From Gemmatimonadetes bacterium 13_2_20CM_2_65_7 (lineage in GTDB: Bacteria; Gemmatimonadota; Gemmatimonadetes; Gemmatimonadales; GWC2-71-9): a stretch of DNA of 64,000 nt. The notes below the pieces were generated by a model. It made no database searches. It had not been told where the DNA came from and was given only the letters and a program-made list of their open reading frames with translations. The stretch lies in the NCBI GenBank assembly GCA_001915025.1, contig MNDR01000039.1, positions 1,132 to 65,131 on the forward strand, in the 5' to 3' direction. Of the stretch, positions 1-8,313 are shown one piece after another. Every line of letters starts with the position of its first letter. Within the stretch, counting starts at the first letter, position 1. Position numbers and translations under genes: made by a program.

Positions 1-456
1 GACGTCAGCCTGGAAACCGGTTCGGGCGACATCACGGTATCCGGAACCAGCGGTACGCGTCTTCATCTCAACACCGGCTCGGGCGGCGTCACGCTCCGGG
101 ATGGCAAGGCGAGCGACTTGAAGGTCGAAACGGGTTCGGGCGACATCGAGGCGACCAACACGTCGGGTGACGAGGTGTCATTCGAGACGGGCAGCGGCAA
201 TGTCGACGTTGCGCTGGTCACCACGTTCCGCTCGCTGCGGATCGAAACCGGCTCCGGCGACGTCACACTCAAAGTGCCGCAGACGCTTGGCGCCCAAGTG
301 GATCTCGACACGGGCAGCGGTGACATCGATCTCGGTGGGCTGACGCTACAGGTCCGACGCCTTGAGCACGATCACATCACCGGGACGATAGGCGACGGCA
401 GTGGCCGTCTCTCGGTCGAGACCGGATCAGGCAACGTGAGGCTGCAGAAGCTCTAG
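1..456 (+). CDS. DUF4097-like repeat protein (putative adhesin / beta-helix repeats), 5' partial
   Basis: Frame +1 is open from nt 1, and tracked ORF 118..456 is its C-terminal part. It has repeated ~20-aa units (V/L)ETGSGD(I/V)... typical of DUF4097. The start lies outside the window. Confidence 0.7.
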   Translation, partial: DVSLETGSGDITVSGTSGTRLHLNTGSGGVTLRDGKASDLKVETGSGDIEATNTSGDEVSFETGSGNVDVALVTTFRSLRIETGSGDVTLKVPQTLGAQVDLDTGSGDIDLGGLTLQVRRLEHDHITGTIGDGSGRLSVETGSGNVRLQKL

Positions 457-884
457 ACGTCTCCTTCTTCGAGCCGCCGCAGCTCGCGGCGCTCTTTCTT
501 TGTCGGCCGGCCCTTGCCTGTGTAGGCGGGGGCCGGTGCCATTTTGTGCTGTTCGGCGAGCCGTTCCCGCGCGGCGCGGCCTTCCGGCAGCTCGTCGTAC
601 AAGAGCTGCGCGTCGCGTGCGGAGCCCCGGCGTTCCGTTATCGCGCGCACTATGACGAGCCACTCGTAGGGGCCGACGCGCACACGGAGGTTGTCACCTA
701 CCTGCACCGGCTTGGCGGGCTTGGCGCGATTGCCATTGAGCTGGACTTTCCCACCGGCAATCGCTTCAGCAGCAAGGCCGCGCGTCTTGAAGAAACGCGC
801 GGCCCAGAGCCAACGATCGAGGCGAACCGACTCTACCGGCTGCGGAGCTTGCCGAGCAACCGTAGGATCTCGAGGTAGAGCCAA
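453..884 (-). CDS. hslR: Heat-shock protein 15-like, S4-domain RNA-binding protein
   Basis: The C-terminal ~127 aa of tracked ORF 453..1421 (VRLDRWLWAARFFKTRGLAAEAIAGGKV...KKERRELRRLEEGDV) matches the HslR/Hsp15 S4 motif (E. coli VRLDKWLWAARFYKTR). The rest of the tracked ORF is out-of-frame read-through across the next gene. There is no ATG or GTG near the domain start; the nearest canonical start is TTG at 884, so the start is uncertain. Confidence 0.75.
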   Translation of the reverse strand: MALPRDPTVARQAPQPVESVRLDRWLWAARFFKTRGLAAEAIAGGKVQLNGNRAKPAKPVQVGDNLRVRVGPYEWLVIVRAITERRGSARDAQLLYDELPEGRAARERLAEQHKMAPAPAYTGKGRPTKKERRELRRLEEGDV

Positions 885-1564
885 ATCAGCGTCACCATCA
901 AGCCGAACGCCCCGTACCACTCCATGAATTTCGGCGCGCCCTGCTCGGCGCCCTGCTCGATGAAGTCGAAATCGAGTACGAGGTTCAGCGACGCGATCAC
1001 CACGACGAACAGACTGAAGCCGATGCCGAGCGCGCTTCCCTCGTGCAGGAAGGGAATGCGGATGCCCCAGAAGCTGAGCCCGATCGCGACCAAGTAGAAA
1101 ATCGCAATCCCGCCCGTCGCCGCGGCGACGCCGAGCCTGAATTTCTGCGTCACGGAAATCAGGTGAGCGCGATACACGATCAACAACGCGAACAGCGTTC
1201 CGAACGTCAGTGCCACGGCCTGGACGACGATCCCGTGGTAGGTCGCTTCGAGGATCGCGGATAGCGCGCCGAGTGCGAGTCCTTCGAGCGCCGCGTAGAC
1301 CGGCGCTGTGATGGGCGCCCACGCGGGCTTGAAGATGGTGACCAGCGCGACCGCGAAGCCGCCGAGTAGGCCGGTCCAGAGATATCCCCCAACGGGTACG
1401 CCGGCGAAGGTCTGCATCCACGTGTACGTCGCGGTTGCGACGAGCAGGAGGAGCAGGAAGCCGGTGCGATTGACGGTTCCTTCGATCGTCATCCCTTCGC
1501 CGGCGGCGATGGGACCGAAGCGTTCGAAGGTTTTAGCGTTCAGTGCTGGATTGCTGGTACGCAT
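833..1564 (-). CDS. Bax inhibitor-1/YccA family membrane protein
   Basis: 243 aa with about 7 hydrophobic helices and the BI-1-like C-terminus ...WLYLEILRLLGKLRSR. A GGAG-like SD lies upstream of ATG 1564. Confidence 0.7.
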   Translation of the reverse strand: MRTSNPALNAKTFERFGPIAAGEGMTIEGTVNRTGFLLLLLVATATYTWMQTFAGVPVGGYLWTGLLGGFAVALVTIFKPAWAPITAPVYAALEGLALGALSAILEATYHGIVVQAVALTFGTLFALLIVYRAHLISVTQKFRLGVAAATGGIAIFYLVAIGLSFWGIRIPFLHEGSALGIGFSLFVVVIASLNLVLDFDFIEQGAEQGAPKFMEWYGAFGLMVTLIWLYLEILRLLGKLRSR

Positions 1565-1594
1565 CGATTTCCCCTCTAAGGAGCGGACTGCAAG

Positions 1595-2905
1595 CTAGTG
1601 ATGGGCCGTCAGATAATCTACCGCCGCATGCGCAAGTGCCCGCACACCAACAGGAAACGCCGCTTCGTCGACGTAGAAGCGGGGCGAATGGTTCGGCGCC
1701 ACTTTGCTCGGATCGGTGCCGGCCGGAGTGATGCCCAGGAAGAAGAAAACGCCGGGCACGTGCTGCTGGTAGCGCGAAAAATCCTCGGCGGCGGTAATCA
1801 GCGGGGCGAGCGCGACATGACTCGTTCCCGCGACGGCGCGCAGTGTCGGCAGCAGCTTCTCCGTCAGCGCCGGGTCGTTGTACGTCACCGGGGCACCCGT
1901 ATCGATCACGACCACCGCCGATGCCCCAGCGCTCTGCGCGATTAATTCCGCGGTCCGCCGCACGCGATCGTGGACGTCGCGTCGCATGGCCGCATCGAAG
2001 GTGCGGATCGTTCCGATCATCACGACACTGTCAGGAATGATGTTGTAGCGCACGCCGCCATTGATCACGCCGACTGTAACAATCGTCGGCGCCGTCGTCA
2101 CGTCCACCTGGCGGCTCGCGATCGTCTGCAGCCCCAGTACGATTTGCGATGCGATCACGACCGGGTCGATGCCCGCCCACGGGATGGCGCCGTGCGTCTG
2201 GCGGCCGCGCACGGTGATATGGAAAGCGTCGGCGCTGGCCATGGTAGGGCCCGGACGGTAGCGAATTTCACCGGTAGGATACGGAAACACGTGGAGGCCG
2301 AATATCGCGTCGGGTTTGGGGTTCTCGAGCACGCCTTCGGCCACCATCTCTGCCGCGCCGCCCGTCTCGCCCGCCGGCTGTCCCTCCTCAGCGGGCTGGA
2401 AGATGAACTTGACCGTTCCCGGAAGCTCGGCGCGCATCCCCGCCAAAACTTCGGCGACCCCCATGAGCATCGCTGTATGCGCGTCGTGACCGCACGCGTG
2501 CATGACGCCGACTTCCTGGCCGTTATAGGTGGCGTGCACTTTGGAAGCGAACGGCACGTCGACCTCTTCCGTAACCGGCAGCGCGTCCATGTCCGCGCGC
2601 AGCGCGACCACCGGACCGGGGCGGCCGCCGCGCAGCACACCGACCACGCCAGTGTGCGCGACGCCGGTCGTCACCTCGATGCCGAGAGAACGCAGGTGCT
2701 GCGCGACGAGATCGGCAGTGCGGGTCTCGCGGTTCGAGAGCTCAGGGTGCGCATGGATGTCACGACGCCACGCGACGACCTTCTCGACGACTTGCGGGAC
2801 GCGCCGATCGACATCGGCGTCGAGACGGTTCGCTTGGGCGCCGAGAGACGGAACGGCGGCAAACGCGGCCAGGGACATCGAGGCAATGCGTAGGAGAGTA
2901 GTCAT
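1595..2905 (-). CDS. M20D family amidohydrolase (N-acyl-amino-acid amidohydrolase / hippurate hydrolase-like), secreted
   Basis: 436 aa with an N-terminal signal peptide MTTLLRIASMSLAAFAAVPSLGAQA. Carries the HAHPELSNRE and MHACGHDAHTAMLMG metal-binding motifs of the M20D family. Confidence 0.85.
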   Translation of the reverse strand: MTTLLRIASMSLAAFAAVPSLGAQANRLDADVDRRVPQVVEKVVAWRRDIHAHPELSNRETRTADLVAQHLRSLGIEVTTGVAHTGVVGVLRGGRPGPVVALRADMDALPVTEEVDVPFASKVHATYNGQEVGVMHACGHDAHTAMLMGVAEVLAGMRAELPGTVKFIFQPAEEGQPAGETGGAAEMVAEGVLENPKPDAIFGLHVFPYPTGEIRYRPGPTMASADAFHITVRGRQTHGAIPWAGIDPVVIASQIVLGLQTIASRQVDVTTAPTIVTVGVINGGVRYNIIPDSVVMIGTIRTFDAAMRRDVHDRVRRTAELIAQSAGASAVVVIDTGAPVTYNDPALTEKLLPTLRAVAGTSHVALAPLITAAEDFSRYQQHVPGVFFFLGITPAGTDPSKVAPNHSPRFYVDEAAFPVGVRALAHAAVDYLTAHH

Positions 2906-2933
2906 GACAATAAGCTAGCCCGAATCCAGGTTC

Positions 2934-3374
2934 CTAGACGCCGATATCCTCGTTCCACAGGTCCGGGTGCGCCCGGATGAATTCGGTCATGAGGCGGATG
3001 CAGGTAGCATCCTGCCGCACCTCGATCGCGACGCCACGGCTCGCGAGTAACTCCTCCTCGCCGCGAAACGTGCCGTTCTCGCCGATGATGACCCGCGGAA
3101 TTCCGTAGAGCAGAATCGCGCCGCTGCACATCGCGCACGGTGACAGCGTCGTGTACAGCGTCGCGTCGCGATAGACGGCTGCCGGCAGCCTGCCCGCCTT
3201 CTCCAGCGCGTCCATCTCGCCGTGCAGCACCGGACTGCCTTTCTGAACTCGGCGGTTGTGTCCGCGTCCCAGGATCTTGCCGCCTGAGACGAGCACCGAC
3301 CCGATCGGAATTCCTCCCTCTCGCAGGCCCTGCTCGGCCTCCGCGATCGCGGCCGCCAGAAAGGGATCGGTCAT
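2934..3374 (-). CDS. Nucleoside/cytosine deaminase (CMP/dCMP-type zinc deaminase family)
   Basis: The last 146 aa of tracked ORF 2934..3824, starting MTDPFLAAAIAEAE. Has the HGEMDAL and SPCAMCSGAI (H-x-E ... PC-x2-C) zinc motifs. ATG 3374 overlaps the upstream TGA by 1 nt (TGATG). Confidence 0.85.
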   Translation of the reverse strand: MTDPFLAAAIAEAEQGLREGGIPIGSVLVSGGKILGRGHNRRVQKGSPVLHGEMDALEKAGRLPAAVYRDATLYTTLSPCAMCSGAILLYGIPRVIIGENGTFRGEEELLASRGVAIEVRQDATCIRLMTEFIRAHPDLWNEDIGV

Positions 3375-4024
3375 CACCGTGCCGCTGCAGTCATGGCGTC
3401 GTACTCGAACACATTGGGTCCGCGCGGCGCTTCCAGCGCGATGCGCGTCATCGCGCGGGCGACGACGTCTGCGTGAATTGGTCGATAGCGCCGCAGTCGT
3501 CCCAACAGGAGCCACGAGAGGAGCGGAGCAGTCTTCATCGCGATGCGCTCGCCGAGGCGGAATTCCGCACGCTCGCCGAGCAGCAGCGACGGCCGGAAGA
3601 TCTGAGTCGCGGGATAGCGGAGTTTGCGGACGTCTGCTTCCGTCTCTCCCTTGACGCGGCTGTAGAACACACGCGCGGCGGGATCGGCGCCGATCGCACT
3701 CACGAGCAGGAATTGTGTTGCGCCGGCACGCAAACCAGCCTGCGCGAGTGCGATCCCGTAGTCGTGGTCGACACGCCGGAACGCTTCCTGCGATGCCGCT
3801 TTTTTGATCGTCGTGCCGAGGCAACAGAACACGTCATCGACGTGTGGGAGATCGGTGAGGGAATCGAAGTCGACGATTCGCTGCTCGAGCTTGTCGTGAC
3901 GTTGAGGGATAAGGCGTCGGCCGATGGTAACCACGCGGGTCCAGGCGCTGTCTGCGAGCAGGCGCTGCAAAATGTGACTGCCCACGAGGCCGGTCGCGCC
4001 GGCGAGTACAGCGGTGCGGCTCAC
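3374..4024 (-). CDS. NAD(P)H-binding oxidoreductase (atypical SDR, YraR/HTATIP2-like)
   Basis: 216 aa with a Rossmann motif VLAGATGLVGSH. GTG start at 4024. Confidence 0.7.
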   Translation of the reverse strand: MSRTAVLAGATGLVGSHILQRLLADSAWTRVVTIGRRLIPQRHDKLEQRIVDFDSLTDLPHVDDVFCCLGTTIKKAASQEAFRRVDHDYGIALAQAGLRAGATQFLLVSAIGADPAARVFYSRVKGETEADVRKLRYPATQIFRPSLLLGERAEFRLGERIAMKTAPLLSWLLLGRLRRYRPIHADVVARAMTRIALEAPRGPNVFEYDAMTAAAR

Positions 4025-4053
4025 GCTCGCTAAAGTAAGTTATTATCGCACCC

Positions 4054-4785
4054 GTGGTCACCTTCGCGATCATTCAATCCGGTTTGTCGAACGCCCTGCA
4101 ACATCAGCCGCTCGTTGCCGTGCCCCTGCTGTTTTTTGCCGGTCTTGTGACGAGCACCAATCCCTGCATTTGGCCGATGATCCCGATCACCATCGGTGCA
4201 ATCACCGGCGTAGGGGGGGGCACGCAGGGCGCGACGCATTCGCGCCGCCGCACGATTGTGCTGACGCTGACGTACGTCGCCGGGCTGGCGCTGTTTTACG
4301 CGATTCTCGGACTGATCGCGGGATTGAGCGGATCGATCTTCGGGACCATCAGCTCGAACCGATGGTCGCGCCTCGTCATCGGCAGTCTGCTGCTCGTGTT
4401 TGCACTTGTGATGTTCGACGTGATTCCGGTCCGAATGCCGGTGCGGTTGGCCGCGTGGGCCGGAAGTCTCGGCGGAGGATCGTATCCGGCGGTTTTTCTG
4501 CTGGGCGCCACGTCAGGAATCGTCGCGGCGCCCTGCGGTGCCCCCGCATTCGCGGTGGTCCTCACCTGGGTGGCGGCGACGCACAGTGGGACGTTGGGAT
4601 TCGTGTACCTGTTTGTATTCTCGTTGGGAATGACGGCGGTCTTGCTGGTCGTCGGGATATTCTCGGGAGTGCTTGCAATTCTGCCGAAGCCGGGTGCATG
4701 GATGGTGTGGATCAAAAAAGCCGCGGGCGTGGTTCTACTGCTCATGGCTGAGTACTACTTCGTCAAAGCGGGGCAAGTATGGTGA
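4054..4785 (+). CDS. ccdA: Cytochrome c biogenesis protein CcdA / DsbD-type transmembrane thiol-disulfide electron transporter
   Basis: 243 aa polytopic membrane protein with Cys inside helices (LVTSTNPCIWPMIP and IVAAPCGAPAF), as in CcdA/DsbD-beta. GTG start. Confidence 0.8.
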   Translation: MVTFAIIQSGLSNALQHQPLVAVPLLFFAGLVTSTNPCIWPMIPITIGAITGVGGGTQGATHSRRRTIVLTLTYVAGLALFYAILGLIAGLSGSIFGTISSNRWSRLVIGSLLLVFALVMFDVIPVRMPVRLAAWAGSLGGGSYPAVFLLGATSGIVAAPCGAPAFAVVLTWVAATHSGTLGFVYLFVFSLGMTAVLLVVGIFSGVLAILPKPGAWMVWIKKAAGVVLLLMAEYYFVKAGQVW

Positions 4786-5288
4786 CACCGTACGTCGTAC
4801 GTCGTGCGTCGTTCCTCGCGCTGTTGCTCCTGACGCCGGCCTGGTTGCGCAGTCAAGAAATAATTGGAATACCCGTCGGTGAGACGCCCCCCCCCGTCAC
4901 GCTGCAGAATCTGAACGGCGACTCCGTCTCGTTGTCCCAATGGATCGGGAAGAAGCCCGTCATTATCGAGTTTTGGGCGACGTGGTGCCCCATTTGCGCC
5001 GAGCTGTTGCCGCGGATGGAGGCGGCGCACAAGAAGTACGGCGACCGCGCCGAGTTTCTCGTGATCGCCGTCGCCGTGAACGAGAGCCAGAACACGGTTC
5101 GGCGTCATCTCGAAAAGCAGCCGATGCCGTTCACGTTCCTCTGGGACGGGAACGGCGCAGCGGTGCGCGCCTTTCAAGCCCCGAACACGTCCTACGTCGC
5201 TGTTCTCGACACCAAAGGGCGCGTCGTGTATACGGGGGTCGGGGCGGATCAGGATATCGAGGCGGCGTTACGGCGGGCGGTTCGCTAG
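4779..5288 (+). CDS. TlpA/ResA-like extracytoplasmic thioredoxin-fold thiol:disulfide oxidoreductase
   Basis: 169 aa with a signal/anchor sequence and the WCPIC active site (EFWATWCPICAELLP). Overlaps ccdA as ATGGTGA. Confidence 0.85.
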   Translation: MVTPYVVRRASFLALLLLTPAWLRSQEIIGIPVGETPPPVTLQNLNGDSVSLSQWIGKKPVIIEFWATWCPICAELLPRMEAAHKKYGDRAEFLVIAVAVNESQNTVRRHLEKQPMPFTFLWDGNGAAVRAFQAPNTSYVAVLDTKGRVVYTGVGADQDIEAALRRAVR

Positions 5289-5290
5289 AC

Positions 5291-5339
5291 GACGGGCCCG
5301 CTGCGCGACAAAAGACCGCAGTCGCTGCGCGGGCCCGTC
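5291..5339. terminator. Long GC-rich hairpin between convergent genes (possible bidirectional terminator)
   Basis: gacgggcccgc (5291-5301) pairs perfectly with gcgggcccgtc (5329-5339), and an inner 5-bp gcgac/gtcgc extension is present. There is no clear U-tract on either side. Confidence 0.35.
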
Positions 5340-5355
5340 ATGTTCGCGAACCTTC

Positions 5356-5937
5356 TCAGTGCGCCGTCGTATCGGCCGGCACCACCTTCGCGATCGCCGC
5401 CGCCAACTCCGTATATGCGGTCGGATCGATCTCCCGGAACGGCATCGCCCGGTAAGCGATCTTGCCGTCGGGTCCTACCACGAAGAGAGTGCGGTTGTCG
5501 AGCTTGTACTGGGCGTTGAACGCGCCGTACGCTTTTCCTACCGCCGAATTCGAATCGCTCGCAAAGAGGAAGGGATACTCGGCGTCCCGCGCCCATGAGG
5601 CGAGGGCGGTGTCCGGGTCTGCGCTGATGGCGATGAGAACGATGTTGCGGCCGTTTTTGAAAACCTGTGCGTACTGATCACGGTACGCATTCATTTGAAT
5701 CGTTCAGCCACGGGTTCGGGCTTTGAAGAAGAACGCGAGGACGACCGTCTTCCCCTTGTAATCGCTGAGGCGCACCGGGCCGCGGAGCATTCCGAATCGG
5801 GTTGCGCCGGGCACGGAGAAGTCAGGAGCTACTGTGCCGACCTCGGGTACCGGCGGCGAGGCTGGAGCGGCCGGCTGTTGCGCCGCGACGCCAGCCGCCA
5901 AAACGGTGACCGCACTAACCAACGCAAGCTGTCGCAT
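5356..5937 (-). CDS. Secreted AhpC/TSA (BCP-like) peroxiredoxin, probable selenoprotein (in-frame TGA 5704..5706 read as Sec)
   Basis: Tracked ORFs 5704..5997 and 5356..5694 share one frame and are separated only by TGA ACG ATT CAA. The joined product has signal peptide MRQLALVSAVTVLAAGVAA, then ...GKTVVLAFFFKARTRG-U-TIQMNAYRDQYAQVFKNGRNIVLIAISADP...FLFASDSNSAVGKAYGAF. That is a peroxiredoxin fold with the TGA at the T-x-x-C peroxidatic Cys position. Start taken at ATG 5937 (AAAGAGGA 8 nt upstream); ATG 5997 (TGATG overlap with the upstream gene) is an alternative. Confidence 0.7.
5668..5689 (-). promoter_or_regulatory. Candidate bacterial SECIS hairpin downstream of the in-frame UGA
   Basis: On the mRNA the sequence reads UGA-N14-UGCGUAC-CGUGAUCA-GUACGCA. 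This is a perfect 7-bp stem with an 8-nt loop containing GU. The loop starts 21 nt after the UGA, within the spacing usually quoted for bSECIS elements. Confidence 0.5.
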
Positions 5938-5996
5938 AGATGATCCTCTTTGGGGCCGCGACAATATATCTATTTCGCGAGCCGCTTCCATCTTCA

Positions 5997-6539
5997 TCAG
6001 TGACTCCCCGCTCCGACGCCGTATCGCGTTCTGAGAATCTCTACGTGATGCCGTTCATGCCCCGGAATCATGTACGCGATCGCCCGCACGCTGACGGGCT
6101 TGCCGCTCGCCGTGCCGCCCCGCCGCCACGCATCGGCATCGAATGTGCGCAACAGGGCGAGCGTCGCCGCCCGGGCGGTGCGCAGCTCGCCGACGAGATC
6201 GGTGAGCGAGCGGGTGTCGAACTTTGCAACCGGGACATACGCGTTCTCATCGAATCCCGGCAGCGGCGTGGTATCGCCGCGCGCGATCCGTAACGCCCGG
6301 TAGGCCATGATGCGCTCGATGTCGGCGAGGTGGCCGACGACTTCCTTGACGCTCCATTTACCGTGCGCGTAGCGATGCATCGCGTCCGCTTCGGAGAGCC
6401 CGTGCAGCAGCGCCGCCGTGTCCTCGATCTGCGATGCGCAAGCGATCACCGGATCCAGCTCGGGAACGCGCTTGATGTAACCGACGAAATGCGACGGCAC
6501 CTCGTCCGGCTCCGGCCGGCCGACCGTCCTCGCGTTCAT
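5997..6539 (-). CDS. DinB/YfiT-like family protein (putative metal-dependent thiol transferase/hydrolase)
   Basis: 180 aa with DinB_2-like features (HRYAHGKWSVKEVVGHLADIERIMAYR ... HERHHVEIL). Confidence 0.65.
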   Translation of the reverse strand: MNARTVGRPEPDEVPSHFVGYIKRVPELDPVIACASQIEDTAALLHGLSEADAMHRYAHGKWSVKEVVGHLADIERIMAYRALRIARGDTTPLPGFDENAYVPVAKFDTRSLTDLVGELRTARAATLALLRTFDADAWRRGGTASGKPVSVRAIAYMIPGHERHHVEILRTRYGVGAGSH

Positions 6540-7033
6540 GACGCCCTTCCGCCGAGCTCATTCAACGCCATCGCTTTCACAGTCTTTCCCTCTCCCGTCA
6601 GAATGCGCCGGTGATAATCCACCTGGCCGAGGTGGTAGGCGAGGTGGGTGGCGAAATGAGCGAGGAACGCGCCGGTGGTGGAGCTGACCCCGCCCACCGG
6701 CTCGGGATACGGCCGAGCGAGGTCGGCCTCGCTGATCTTGCCCATGCCGGTCTGGACCGCGGCGATCGCGTTATCGATCTCGCGCAGCAGCTCGACACGC
6801 GGGACGTCGCGGCTGCCGAACTCGGCGTCGCGATTGCGGACGTATCCGTTCTTGCCGAGCACGTGGCCGACGAAATACTGAAGATTGCCGGCGAGGTGAA
6901 GGGCGAGATTGCCGCCGGGATTCGCGATGCCGGGCAGAACTTCCCAGAGACCCTCATCGCTCGGGTACGACTCGATCTCGCGGCGCAGCGCCTTGAGCTC
7001 GCGGGTGATGACGTTGGTGATCCAGTCTTTCAT
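6536..7033 (-). CDS. DinB superfamily protein
   Basis: Start taken at MKDWITNV (ATG 7033, TGATG overlap with the upstream stop). A four-helix DinB-like protein with His motifs LALHLAGNLQYFVGH ... HLAYHLGQVDYH. Confidence 0.6.
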   Translation of the reverse strand: MKDWITNVITRELKALRREIESYPSDEGLWEVLPGIANPGGNLALHLAGNLQYFVGHVLGKNGYVRNRDAEFGSRDVPRVELLREIDNAIAAVQTGMGKISEADLARPYPEPVGGVSSTTGAFLAHFATHLAYHLGQVDYHRRILTGEGKTVKAMALNELGGRAS

Positions 7034-8313
7034 CAGATCCTCCCTATCCGCATGGCCACCGGCCAGCGGGCCAAGCGCGCCGACTGTGGAGCCCCCCACG
7101 GCCCTGCCAGCTTCGCGACGAGGGTGTCCACAGGATCCTGACGATGGTGTCTCATGAACGCGCGCGTCGCCGACCAGGTACGGATATAGCCCGTCACGTC
7201 GTCCAAGGTCACCTGTTGCTCGATCAGGAAGTTGGGTGCGGCAAATTCCGCAAACGGAAACTCAATGGTTCGGTAACGCTCCTCGGTGATGTGCCGTTCC
7301 GGCGGCCAGAACGGTCCTACGACGTCGCTGTAAAACTCGCGGACGATCGCGTCGATCTCGGGCGCAATCTCGAAGAGCAGGTAGGTCCACACCGCGACGA
7401 CGCCGCGCGGCCGCAACACGCGCCGCGCCTCCGCCCAAAACTTGGGCCGGTCGAACCAATGCAGGGCTTGCGCGGCTGCCACGAGGTCGACCGACGCGTC
7501 CTCCAGGCCGCTCGCCTCGGCCGGCGCCACGCGATACGTGATGCGCGAGTGGCGCAGCGCGTGCTCGAGCTGCGACTCGCTTGCATCCGTTGCGAACACC
7601 TTATGGAAGTGGCGAGCCAAGCCGATCGCCGCCTGTCCCGATCCCGTGCCGCAATCCCACGCGGCCTCCAACGCCGGCGCGGCACGAGTGAGAAAATCAA
7701 ACAGCGCATCTGGATAGCGCGGCCGGAAGGCGGCGTATGCGGCGGAAACTCCCGAGAAATGATCCGCGAAGCTCACAGTGTCCGAAGGAAGTTGTGCAGC
7801 GGGCAGGGTGAGAGGAAGAGCCTTGATGCGATACCGTACCTCGGGTATGGCGGTGTTGGGATACATTCGCTTCCCGCCATCAAGCGTGAAACCGTGTTTC
7901 TCGTAGAACCGCCGCGCGCTCCTGTTCTCTTCGAGTACCCACAGCGTCACTTCCGCAAAACCGCGGCGCCGAAACTCGTCGAGCACGTGATCTACCAGCA
8001 CACGACCGTAGCCGCGACCGCGCAAGTGTGGCAGCACATGCAGTGACGTGATGTGGCCGACGCGTGTGGGATCGTCATCAAGGTCTCGCGACGGAATCAT
8101 CTGACAAAACGCGAGGGCTTTGCCTGCTTCCTCGATCACGAACACCGGCCACTCACGGTCGGCGATGCGCACGGCCCAGAACCGCGTGCGATAGGCAAGG
8201 TCGGTCTTCGCAATGACGTCATCGGGCATAATGCCTCGGTAGGCGACGTTCCACGACTCGACGTGGATGTGCCCGACCGCGGCCGCGTCTGTCGTCAATG
8301 CGCGGCGGATCAT
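7033..8313 (-). CDS. Fusion protein: N-terminal GNAT acetyltransferase + C-terminal class I SAM-dependent methyltransferase
   Basis: The N-terminal ~170 aa are GNAT-like (LHVLPHLRGRGYGRVLVDHVLDEFRRRGF...EENRSARRFYEKHGF). The C-terminal half has methyltransferase motif I AWDCGTGSGQAAIGLARHF. Start at MIRRAL (ATG 8313, ATGA overlap). Confidence 0.75.
   Translation of the reverse strand: MIRRALTTDAAAVGHIHVESWNVAYRGIMPDDVIAKTDLAYRTRFWAVRIADREWPVFVIEEAGKALAFCQMIPSRDLDDDPTRVGHITSLHVLPHLRGRGYGRVLVDHVLDEFRRRGFAEVTLWVLEENRSARRFYEKHGFTLDGGKRMYPNTAIPEVRYRIKALPLTLPAAQLPSDTVSFADHFSGVSAAYAAFRPRYPDALFDFLTRAAPALEAAWDCGTGSGQAAIGLARHFHKVFATDASESQLEHALRHSRITYRVAPAEASGLEDASVDLVAAAQALHWFDRPKFWAEARRVLRPRGVVAVWTYLLFEIAPEIDAIVREFYSDVVGPFWPPERHITEERYRTIEFPFAEFAAPNFLIEQQVTLDDVTGYIRTWSATRAFMRHHRQDPVDTLVAKLAGPWGAPQSARLARWPVAMRIGRI

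Noticed and set aside
1-456. Periodic DNA repeats (gaaaccggttcgggcgac...) at the window start
   Set aside because: They are explained by the ~20-aa protein repeats of the DUF4097-like gene and are not an independent DNA element.
885-1421. N-terminal two-thirds of tracked ORF 453..1421
   Set aside because: It overlaps the BI-1 family gene in another frame and is Arg-rich nonsense. Only the C-terminal S4/Hsp15 domain is real.
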